Source: a virus
Taxonomy: Duplodnaviria; Caudoviricetes
Length of the DNA stretch: 26,923 nt
IMG/VR virus record: IMGVR_UViG_3300025837_000016
Coordinates: 1-26,923 of that record
Strand: one strand, 5' to 3'
In this document: one piece after another, positions 18,710 through 26,627 of the stretch
Numbering within the stretch: position 1 is the stretch's first letter
Layout: each line of letters opens with the position of its first letter
Program-made: the position numbers and the translations under genes
The notes under the pieces: generated by a model
Database searches by the model: none
What the model saw: only the letters and a program-made list of their open reading frames with translations
Told to the model about the DNA's origin: nothing

Positions 18710-20020
18710 TTATAATCCCATCATTTGTAATTGTGAATTTGAGAATGCGTTTTTGTTCCATGATATACCTGCTGAATCTACTATCTTCATCAGCCGGCCC
18801 ACTATCTGCCAACCAGGTTGTGTCAATTGCGATGTTCTTAATTTGATTATAGCATTATTTATTGTAGTCGTTGGGTCTGCATTTGCTGTACCTGTTCCAG
18901 CTATCATAGCAACAACCCTAGCTATCATAATTCTGTCAGTAGACAAGAATCTAATTCCTTCTAGTATTGAATATTTCAACATTTCTTCTTCGACTGCCGA
19001 AATTACTTTTTCTACCAAATAAGGACAATCTATTCTTTTAGCATACCTGCGCAATCTTTCAATCTGGATTCTGACAGTTGAATATTCTTCGTGAAGAATC
19101 TTATCATTTATGCCCAATACATAATCGAATGCTTTTAGGCATGATAGTACAGCATAAGAATCATCGTGTTCTTTTGATAATGCCTTAAAGTCTTCTGCCA
19201 ATTGACGATTGAAGTTTTTTGTTTTATATCCCTTGAATATAAAGGAATCTTTATATAATTGGTCGCGCTTGGGTTCGTAGCTTGTTATAGTCAATTCTTC
19301 AATCCACACACGGTGTTCAACTCCTTCTGAAATAATAATTGCGTATCTTGGGTGAACTTGAAGTATTTCCCCTTCTAATATACCGTTTGTAACATAATCG
19401 CCAATTTGGAATGATTCATTTTTAGATGAGAGTCGTTCTTTCATTTTGGCCATCAATTCATCTTTATCTTTATGAGTCAAATTAGTATGTAAGCCAGAAT
19501 AAAATGATTTTTTATCTCCTTTTATTGCTGCTGCTCTCATTTTTGATGCTGACATACCATCTGCTCCTTCGGAGTCTGGGTCTCTTGTTCCAGCAGATTT
19601 GATTGTAATTGACTTAAAATGATATCCATTACCATCTTTATCAAATTTGCCATTATATGCATTTAGTTTATCCTTAAATTCTTGAACCCTATCATCACCA
19701 GCAACAACAGTAAGATGTTTAACACCTTCTTTGTGCATTTTTGCTGCTGCATGAAATATAGTAGGTTCTTCTTTTGTAGACTTACGAAAAAAGTGCTTGT
19801 GATTAGGATACATTTTATGTAAAATATCAATTTTTTCATCTGCCTCAAGAGGATTCTTTTTATTATCTTGGGTGTGTGATAAATAAATTCTCTTTTCGCC
19901 TGGCTCTTTCATTGCAGCGTCTATCAATTTGGCATGACCAATGGTAGGAGGATTCATTCTACCATAAGCTAGAACACCCCTCTTTTCTGATGCTTCAAAT
20001 AGCTGTTTGATGTCAATCAT
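18710..20020 (-). CDS. HIGH-superfamily nucleotidyltransferase (phage cytidylyltransferase-like) with KOW-like and helical C-terminal domains
   Basis: GRMNPPTIGH (HxGH), KKNPL, VAG.DRV, SAG.RDPD, MSASKMR; FQIGDYV after KNE^S. Confidence 0.88.
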   Translation of the reverse strand: MIDIKQLFEASEKRGVLAYGRMNPPTIGHAKLIDAAMKEPGEKRIYLSHTQDNKKNPLEADEKIDILHKMYPNHKHFFRKSTKEEPTIFHAAAKMHKEGVKHLTVVAGDDRVQEFKDKLNAYNGKFDKDGNGYHFKSITIKSAGTRDPDSEGADGMSASKMRAAAIKGDKKSFYSGLHTNLTHKDKDELMAKMKERLSSKNESFQIGDYVTNGILEGEILQVHPRYAIIISEGVEHRVWIEELTITSYEPKRDQLYKDSFIFKGYKTKNFNRQLAEDFKALSKEHDDSYAVLSCLKAFDYVLGINDKILHEEYSTVRIQIERLRRYAKRIDCPYLVEKVISAVEEEMLKYSILEGIRFLSTDRIMIARVVAMIAGTGTANADPTTTINNAIIKLRTSQLTQPGWQIVGRLMKIVDSAGISWNKNAFSNSQLQMMGL

Positions 20021-20023
20021 TGT

Positions 20024-21238
20024 TTAATCTCTAACTTTCCCAAAATTTGCTTTGCTAAACACTTTTCTCTGGACTAATTTCACAGGTAATCCTTTGTGAT
20101 TGAACACATAACCTTCCGGATGTGATTTTTTGCCATTAATAGTATGTTCGAGTGGATGGTCTGCATTATCAAGCGTTTTTACGATTATGTCTTTAGCTTG
20201 CTGCAAATGATGATGCATCTTGAAATAATTATCAAAGTGTGCAGAATTATTGTCGACATGTCCTATTGTATTTTGTGTATCGTCTATTTTCTTGTTCTTT
20301 GCTTTTTCTGTTTTAAGAGAATCAAATTCTTTCTTTCCTTTTGATGCGATATGAGATTTTAATCCTTCTGTAGATGGTTTTTTGTCATCTCTTACTGTCT
20401 GATTTATGTATGTACTGACATGATTGCCTATATTATGTACAGCAGAGTGCATGTCCTGTCCACCATCTTTGTGTATTTTTCTAGCGGATTCTATGTGTCC
20501 ATTTACTGCCGCCTTGTCCGCTTCGGAAAAATGTGCTCTACCTGTATCATTCGATGTTGATAGATTATATGAATCGTCGTGGTTTTTAAGTGTATCGTGG
20601 TTAATTGGAGAGGATTGTAGTTTCCCACCAATCATTTGATAGCTAGTATGCCAGGCTGCGCCGAATCTGGCTTTTGATATTTTCTTTCCTTCTGCTGATG
20701 ATTTCTTAGCACTATATTTAATAGTATTTGGCTCGAAACTTATTTTATCGCCTTCTTCTTTTTTCGTTTTGCTTGTAAATAAAACATCTCCTTGGTGCAA
20801 TCCATCTTTAGGTAATACCTTGTGAGCGTTATCTAATGCATGATGAAGGGGTACCGCCACATGTGATTTGTCAGAATAATGTTTATCTATGTCAGCATGA
20901 GAATAACACACTTTAGCACTATGTTCTTTGTCTGTTCCTACTTTATCTAATGCACTCTTATATGCAACACATTGTTTTCCGTTTATAGGATGTTTACCTG
21001 CCACAATTGATATTCCGCCATCGATTTTAGATGTGAATGATGAATCGTGTTTACCGTGCTCAATGTGTTGAGCTGCTGCACTTAATGCACCTATTGCATG
21101 TTCAGTACCTTCGTGTCCGAATTCATGTCCAAGGTCTTCTACATGACTTAGGTGTTTTATCAACCTTGTTTTTTCTTCAATACTCTCGAACAACTTTTGT
21201 TCAAACTGTTCTACTAAGTATAATTTAAAATTTAACAT
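20024..21238 (-). CDS. ATP-dependent ligase-fold protein (DUF6267-like)
   Basis: Start moved to MLNFKLYLVE (1 nt after the upstream stop), 404 aa; HL.H.ED, KIDG (motif I), QGD..F, F.PNTI.Y, EGYV (motif IV), KLV.R..FS.ANF (motif V). Confidence 0.8.
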   Translation of the reverse strand: MLNFKLYLVEQFEQKLFESIEEKTRLIKHLSHVEDLGHEFGHEGTEHAIGALSAAAQHIEHGKHDSSFTSKIDGGISIVAGKHPINGKQCVAYKSALDKVGTDKEHSAKVCYSHADIDKHYSDKSHVAVPLHHALDNAHKVLPKDGLHQGDVLFTSKTKKEEGDKISFEPNTIKYSAKKSSAEGKKISKARFGAAWHTSYQMIGGKLQSSPINHDTLKNHDDSYNLSTSNDTGRAHFSEADKAAVNGHIESARKIHKDGGQDMHSAVHNIGNHVSTYINQTVRDDKKPSTEGLKSHIASKGKKEFDSLKTEKAKNKKIDDTQNTIGHVDNNSAHFDNYFKMHHHLQQAKDIIVKTLDNADHPLEHTINGKKSHPEGYVFNHKGLPVKLVQRKVFSKANFGKVRD

Positions 21239-21239
21239 T

Positions 21240-21503
21240 TTATTTTTTATAGTCATTATTATTGATAGTTTCAGGTCTGACCCATCCATCTTTCTTTGTG
21301 TCGAGATAATGTACACGTACTCTAGTGTCTTTATTGTTGTTATTGTGACCTAGAATACGCACAAAACTCGTGTTTTTGTATTTGCCCATATCCAACCTAT
21401 CTATAGAAGGATTATCACCAAATTCGTGACCTTCCTTACCGTATTTTGTAACTGGAATAGGAGAATAAGAACCAAATTTTATTTTAGCTTCTTTTAGATT
21501 CAC
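21240..21503 (-). CDS. Hypothetical protein (possible SH3-like fold)
   Basis: GTG start, fills the gap between neighbours; VRILG...VRVHYLD..KDGWV. Confidence 0.65.
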   Translation of the reverse strand: MNLKEAKIKFGSYSPIPVTKYGKEGHEFGDNPSIDRLDMGKYKNTSFVRILGHNNNNKDTRVRVHYLDTKKDGWVRPETINNNDYKK

Positions 21504-21505
21504 GA

Positions 21506-23005
21506 TTATTTCACCATTATTTCAGAATGACCAACTGGTCGCTTTGCTCTCACTTCTATTCGATGAAGAGTCTTTCCTTGGTTATTCTTGATTAAGAGAG
21601 AATTTCCATTACCAGTGGATTGAAGAAAAGACAGTTTACCGGCAGTATTATATTTATTGTCGACTTCTTCTTTTTCATTTTTGATATTAGTAACATGTGA
21701 TTTTGGCGAAGTAGCTACTTGATAAGTAGGATATGTGTGACTTGGCGCAACAAATTCGCTTATTCTGGATTTCTGTTCATTATCTGACAATGCACTCAAA
21801 TGACTCTTGAGTGCTTTAACCTTATTAGCAGCATGTTTATATGAAGCTACTCTGATATCATCTGCCATCTTTCTACCTGCTGGTGTTTTATGGTCTCTTG
21901 ATATTTTAAATGCAGCATGTTTTTGTGCTTCTGACATATTATCTGCATCATGTCCATGTTTTTTCAGAATATCATTAACTTCTTTTCTATGATTTTCGTC
22001 GTGTTTAGATAATACACCCTGTTTCATACCCAAAACTTGTTCAGTTGTTTTAGAGCCGCTTTGACCAGTTGTTATTTTATTATCAGCTATCTTTAATGAA
22101 TATCCAACAGCATGATGGCATTCACCATCTTTATCGTGGCTAGATACCATTATATCAGCGCCACCAGAATGTGCTTCATCTTTCTTTCCTGTTAACTTTT
22201 CATGGTCGGATTTTAATGATGTCCAGGATACTTTTACTTGGTGATTTTTGTTAGCTAATAATTCCGGATGATGTGTTTTTATATGATTATGAATTGCTTC
22301 TGCTGCTTGGGCTGCATGACTATGTGCTTCCTGATATGAATTATCAGATATATTATCCACTAGAGCATTATGTGCCTCTTCAGGGCTTCTCCCCTTTTCA
22401 TCTCTAAAATGTTCTGCATGTGCTAATTGTCCATGAATTAGCCTATTAACATGAGCGGCAGTAAGAAGTTCATGCAATTTACCTCTGCCATCATTATCAA
22501 GTTCTATTGATTCGATTAACCATTCGCTGAACTCTTTTATTTGAGGGGTATTTAACGATTTGGCATGAGCATTAGCCAAAGTCCTAGCATCTTCTTTATC
22601 TTCGGCATCAGTGTATTTAAATTTCTTGATTGGTTCTTCGTTTGCTTTGTGTACAAGGAAACTGTATGTGGTCGGGTCATGGCTGACGATATGAGATTCG
22701 TTCACTCCTTTGTTCTTAATCGAAAATCCTTCTCTTCTACCTTCTTCCCATCCTTTTCGTTCGTTTGGATGAGTTTCTTTGTTGTGAGGATTCCTTAGAT
22801 GACTATTACCCTTTCTGCCTGCTGCAAAACCGGAACTTCTAGCAGATTTAACTGATTCTGACCATTCATTCAATGCCTCATTTGTGTGCAGCTTTAGAGA
22901 ATCAAAATGTCTCTTTATATGTGCCTGGTCAGCTAATCTATCTTCTTTATTATTTTTATTAAATGAGATGTATGGTTTTTGATTTTTTAGTGTTGCTAGA
23001 GACAT
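21506..23005 (-). CDS. His-rich modular protein: RMF-like module, small module, C-terminal PD-(D/E)XK-like nuclease domain
   Basis: GGAG RBS and late promoter; GF.AG..G....NP...W..G..EG; GKLHELL ... GADIMV ... GYSLK. Confidence 0.7.
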   Translation of the reverse strand: MSLATLKNQKPYISFNKNNKEDRLADQAHIKRHFDSLKLHTNEALNEWSESVKSARSSGFAAGRKGNSHLRNPHNKETHPNERKGWEEGRREGFSIKNKGVNESHIVSHDPTTYSFLVHKANEEPIKKFKYTDAEDKEDARTLANAHAKSLNTPQIKEFSEWLIESIELDNDGRGKLHELLTAAHVNRLIHGQLAHAEHFRDEKGRSPEEAHNALVDNISDNSYQEAHSHAAQAAEAIHNHIKTHHPELLANKNHQVKVSWTSLKSDHEKLTGKKDEAHSGGADIMVSSHDKDGECHHAVGYSLKIADNKITTGQSGSKTTEQVLGMKQGVLSKHDENHRKEVNDILKKHGHDADNMSEAQKHAAFKISRDHKTPAGRKMADDIRVASYKHAANKVKALKSHLSALSDNEQKSRISEFVAPSHTYPTYQVATSPKSHVTNIKNEKEEVDNKYNTAGKLSFLQSTGNGNSLLIKNNQGKTLHRIEVRAKRPVGHSEIMVK

Positions 23006-23033
23006 AAAAACTCCGATTATCGTTTATTATAAG

Positions 23034-23044
23034 TTATTTATTAA
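23034..23044 (-). promoter_or_regulatory. Late-promoter-like element at the head of the accessory block
   Basis: Minus strand TTAATAAATAA, same as upstream of gp22. Confidence 0.65.
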
Positions 23045-23046
23045 TT

Positions 23047-24171
23047 TCAATTATAGCCGTTCCACGAGTGATAATTATCTCTATTATCGGCGATTGTAGC
23101 ATCTTCCACTCCATCATCATAGAATCCTGACATACATATCTGGTCTTCGAGTTCTTTCATTTGATTTTTATACATTGTAGTTCTGATGTCTTGGTCAGTC
23201 AATTCGTTGAACCATCTTTGAGACACTAACCAAGCATGCATGACACCACACATTACCATATCATCATTATATCCTGCATCCGCCTCATAAGAACCTGTCT
23301 TGGATTGAACGAATGTGCTTAATTCATGTATAAAATCATAATCGTTGACGATAAGTTGATTATTGTCTATGAGTGACTTTAAATTAGCACATCCTATACG
23401 CTTAGTTTTCTTTGTTGTTCTTATGCCTGGATACGGGTCTGCTCCCTGTTTTCCCAATATATCACCAGATTTTGTCCAAAACATCTCTGGATACTCTAGT
23501 TCATTCCAAAGTACATCAGCCACCTGTCCACCGATGTCATTTGTCTCTATCAAAAGATATGCACTATTATATGTTTTACCTACGACATCTATGACTGTTG
23601 CATATAACAAAGGAGAAATCTCGTTATTCTTATACGTTGCAGCGATTGTGTGTGGGTATTTTGTTATATCATATACTATGAATGCAGAATAGTCCAAATG
23701 TCTGCCCCTCGATACATCAACTGTCATTGAATATGAGTGAGATTCAATTGGTTCTGCATAAACTTTTAGACCTTTATAAGCATCAGTATATTCTTTAATT
23801 GGTATATCATGTGTTAATCTAGCCAATGTAGAACCAGATAAAAGCGTCATGCTAGATCCCAAAAAAGTACAATTATGACTTTGAATCGATTTATCGTGTA
23901 TATATGTATGATTGCCATCTACATTAACTGGGTCATATACATATTCCGATTGTAAAAGTCTCACATATACTACTTTAGAAGTTTTTGATATTTTATCATT
24001 TGGTTTTAGTGATGATGCTACGACTTCTTTATTGTCAATTATAAAAATATGCTCTGGTGTACATCTAATTGTACCGAAAGTGTGTAAAATCTCAATCACT
24101 CTGCGGAATTTTCTATTCACACCATCAAATTTTTTCCATCCGCTCTCTGTTAAGATACTATAATTATGCAT
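23047..24171 (-). CDS. gp17: Terminase large subunit C-terminal part (nuclease), preceded by split-intein C-half
   Basis: 100-aa IntC then CTFLGSS.TL, VDVSRG..LDYSAF, ETNDIG, NDDMVM. Confidence 0.94.
   Translation of the reverse strand: MHNYSILTESGWKKFDGVNRKFRRVIEILHTFGTIRCTPEHIFIIDNKEVVASSLKPNDKISKTSKVVYVRLLQSEYVYDPVNVDGNHTYIHDKSIQSHNCTFLGSSMTLLSGSTLARLTHDIPIKEYTDAYKGLKVYAEPIESHSYSMTVDVSRGRHLDYSAFIVYDITKYPHTIAATYKNNEISPLLYATVIDVVGKTYNSAYLLIETNDIGGQVADVLWNELEYPEMFWTKSGDILGKQGADPYPGIRTTKKTKRIGCANLKSLIDNNQLIVNDYDFIHELSTFVQSKTGSYEADAGYNDDMVMCGVMHAWLVSQRWFNELTDQDIRTTMYKNQMKELEDQICMSGFYDDGVEDATIADNRDNYHSWNGYN
23872..24171 (-). mobile_element. Split intein C-fragment (100 aa)
   Basis: ILT.SGWKKFDG, block B IRCTPEH, block F YVYDPVNV, block G SHN|C. 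Confidence 0.92.
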
Positions 24172-25240
24172 GTTTTCTTTTAGATTTAGATAAATTCTTT
24201 TTATGTTCTTCTGATTTCGGTTTAGAATTAGCTTCTTTAATGTTTTTCATCCCCCGCTCGCTGAATAATCTGCCTTTAATAAAGTCGGGTGGTACACAAC
24301 CGTCTCCAAAATATTTAGATAAAATTCCATTATTATACCAATGTTTTTTGATTTTTGTAGATTTGCCTCTTTTCCATAAAGGATTTATATAATCTCCTTC
24401 TTTTATATAAAAGTTATCTACGCCATTGGTATACCAATGGCTTTTGATTTTTGTAGATTTGCCTCTTTTCCATAAAGGATTTATATAATCTCCTTCTTTT
24501 ATATAAAAGTTATCTACACCATCTGTATACCAAATGCCAATCTCTCTAGTTTCCCAAGATTTTGATATTTTATCTTTCACATCTTGTCTATTTGATACAT
24601 TATTGGCGCCAATTTGCCACGGTTTAGATTTTCCTTTCAATGCTTTACTTACATTTGCACCGTGCCCAGGTGGTTTAGGTTTTCCTTTCAATGCTTTGCT
24701 TATTTTTTCGTAAATTATTTTCTTTTCTTCTTCTGTTTTGTTTTTATTTAGATTAAAATCTTTTTGTGTATTTGATAATTTTACCTTATCTGATTGACCG
24801 TAATACCATCCAACTGGAATAATATACGATTCATTTATATATTTTTGAATTTTGCCATTTGTTATTAATTTCTTTTTTGGTAAATTTTTGGAATTCTCGA
24901 GTCTTACTTCTGATATACGGCGCCTTATTTTATCAGTCATTACCATATTTTTAAAAGAATTGTTATTTGATAAGTTTAAAAATTTATCACTAAATGTTGC
25001 ACCTATTCTCCTTAATACTGTATCTTCCCATATTTTAATTTTTTCAGGGGAATTTGATGTTTTTCTTATTTGAATTATATCAGGTTTGCCATATTTCAGT
25101 GCAAACGATTTTACATATTTGGAACTGGTGAAATATGTAACCCATATATTACTAGGATGTGCTTTCTTTCCATATTGACACCCATAATAATATTTATTTT
25201 CTTTAGACCATCCTATCAGATATGTATAACATATTTTCAT
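24164..25240 (-). CDS. Free-standing GIY-YIG (Seg-like) homing endonuclease with NUMOD3-like and WYxxG repeats
   Basis: Start moved to MKICYTYLIGW (AGAGGA RBS), 358 aa; YTY...YYG, YFTSS, WE..VL, FLN; KISKALKGK repeats. Confidence 0.88.
   Translation of the reverse strand: MKICYTYLIGWSKENKYYYGCQYGKKAHPSNIWVTYFTSSKYVKSFALKYGKPDIIQIRKTSNSPEKIKIWEDTVLRRIGATFSDKFLNLSNNNSFKNMVMTDKIRRRISEVRLENSKNLPKKKLITNGKIQKYINESYIIPVGWYYGQSDKVKLSNTQKDFNLNKNKTEEEKKIIYEKISKALKGKPKPPGHGANVSKALKGKSKPWQIGANNVSNRQDVKDKISKSWETREIGIWYTDGVDNFYIKEGDYINPLWKRGKSTKIKSHWYTNGVDNFYIKEGDYINPLWKRGKSTKIKKHWYNNGILSKYFGDGCVPPDFIKGRLFSERGMKNIKEANSKPKSEEHKKNLSKSKRKHA
24334..24532 (-). repeat. 96-nt near-perfect tandem duplication in the endonuclease gene
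   Basis: Encodes WYT[D/N]GVDNFYIKEGDYINPLWKRGKSTKIK[S/K]H twice. Confidence 0.92.
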
Positions 25241-26612
25241 TTTTAGAATCCTCTTTAATATATTTATATTTATCATAAAGAGTTTCTAGGGTCATCAATG
25301 ACACTTCTCCTGTCGATTCATTTCTGACGGTAACTGTCGATTTTCCCCATAAACAATCCAATTCCTGCGCGGCTTTCAGTTCTCCAAGAACCTCTTTTTG
25401 GTCTTCATACCACTTCTGGTCTCTTCCTGGTGTTTGGTGCCACCAAACTCTAATAGGAACAAATCCGTTCACACCCTTCTCTGCTTCAGCCCAAAACTTA
25501 TGAAACAAATTATATCCATTTGGTGTCGATGAAATGAATATTTTAGTGTCTTTACCTGCTGATAATGTTGGATAAACCGCAGTGAAAAACTCTTCGGCTT
25601 GGTTATCAGGTATAAATGCAAATTCATCACAATTATGGTGAGTTATCCCACTTGATAAATATGAGCTAGTGTCTGCAACATTTACAGGGTCATATACAGT
25701 AACAACATCATCCACTGTTATAGATACAATGGTTTCTCCGCCATTTAAAATATCTCCAATTATTAGGTCTTCTGCTTGTATCCACGAATCATCTTCAAGA
25801 AGAAACAGATGTGTATGTGAACAACGAATCTCTTTGGATGTTGTTTTAACCTTTACTGTTTGAACATTTTCTGTGACACGAATACCATCAAAAGATTTGA
25901 ATCCTTCTAATGTTAAAATTTCCCATTCGTCTGTTTCGATGAAATCTGAGTTCGAACGAACGTTTATCAATTTAGAAAACTCTTCTATAGGTAATTCTTT
26001 AATTTCTCCGGTTTTCTTGTTTTTTACCGTAATTTTATTTTCGCCTGCTAGACAATACAGTATTGATATTGATTTGCCTCGGATTGAACTTGAACTTGAT
26101 GCAGCAGCAAATGCTTTTGAACCGTTTTCTAATTCTATACTTCTTTTGTTCCAAGTTTTTACACCTTGTTGTAGCCACAATGGTAGTTCCTCGTATGCCA
26201 TTCTCATGCGACCTAGAATTTCATCTGCCGTTGCTTGTTTATTAGCTAGAATTGCAACTGATTTGTTGTCATTAAATATTATGAACCAAAGCAAATAAGC
26301 GGCTGATACAATAGTCTTACCGCTCTGTCTTGGCTGAACTGTTATTATTCGTCTGTTTTCGTGGTATGCAGTTATAAGTTCTTCTTGATAATCATAAAGG
26401 TCAAATTTTATTACGCCTTTATCAGGATGAACGATATAGATGTATTTTTTAATGAAATATACTGGGTCTTTAGCACATTTTATATATTCTAAAAGCATTT
26501 CTTCAGTATATTCAACTACCGCTCCCTCAGGACGTAGTTTTGTGTTCCCTCTAAAAGAGAACATGTTTAATAATTCTAATATCTGTTCAGGGATTTGCAT
26601 GTTTGACATCAA
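25203..26612 (-). CDS. gp17: Terminase large subunit N-terminal part (ATPase) with mini-intein and C-terminal split-intein N-half
   Basis: KCAKDPVYF, YDYQ, PRQSGKT Walker A, ILY|CDEFAF Walker B, SSTPNG; the start could be ATG 26609. Confidence 0.95.
   Translation of the reverse strand: MMSNMQIPEQILELLNMFSFRGNTKLRPEGAVVEYTEEMLLEYIKCAKDPVYFIKKYIYIVHPDKGVIKFDLYDYQEELITAYHENRRIITVQPRQSGKTIVSAAYLLWFIIFNDNKSVAILANKQATADEILGRMRMAYEELPLWLQQGVKTWNKRSIELENGSKAFAAASSSSSIRGKSISILYCLAGENKITVKNKKTGEIKELPIEEFSKLINVRSNSDFIETDEWEILTLEGFKSFDGIRVTENVQTVKVKTTSKEIRCSHTHLFLLEDDSWIQAEDLIIGDILNGGETIVSITVDDVVTVYDPVNVADTSSYLSSGITHHNCDEFAFIPDNQAEEFFTAVYPTLSAGKDTKIFISSTPNGYNLFHKFWAEAEKGVNGFVPIRVWWHQTPGRDQKWYEDQKEVLGELKAAQELDCLWGKSTVTVRNESTGEVSLMTLETLYDKYKYIKEDSKNENMLYISDRMV
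25206..25355 (-). mobile_element. Split intein N-fragment (50 aa, ~27 aa intein-like)
   Basis: QELD|CLWGKSTVTVRNESTGEVSLMTLETLY (block A), then a tail running over the endonuclease promoter/RBS to a stop. Confidence 0.88.
25261..25274 (-). promoter_or_regulatory. Overlapping late promoters of the homing endonuclease
   Basis: Minus strand GATAAATATAAATA, with exact TATAAATA 20 nt before ATG 25240. Confidence 0.7.
25632..26054 (-). mobile_element. Contiguous mini-intein (141 aa) in the terminase Walker B motif
   Basis: CLAGENKI..., IRCSHTH, VYDPVNV, THHN|C; no endonuclease domain. Confidence 0.94.
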
Positions 26613-26627
26613 ATCATCAAAATGACT

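Noticed and set aside
9055-24532. CRISPR array from the 21-nt and 96-nt repeats
   Set aside because: Both are in-frame coding tandem repeats without unique spacers, and there are no cas genes.
17560-25276. Longest-ORF starts at 17631, 18812, 21316 and 25276
   Set aside because: They overlap upstream genes; downstream ATGs (17559, 18707, 21238, 25240) have an RBS or abut the upstream stop.
24164-25277. Group I intron as the explanation for the split terminase
   Set aside because: The endonuclease ORF overlaps both flanking ORFs, leaving no noncoding space for an intron core; complementary intein halves explain the split.
103-26625. Plus-strand ORFs and short nested minus-strand ORFs in the track
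   Set aside because: They are shadows of well-supported minus-strand genes, with no recognisable motifs.
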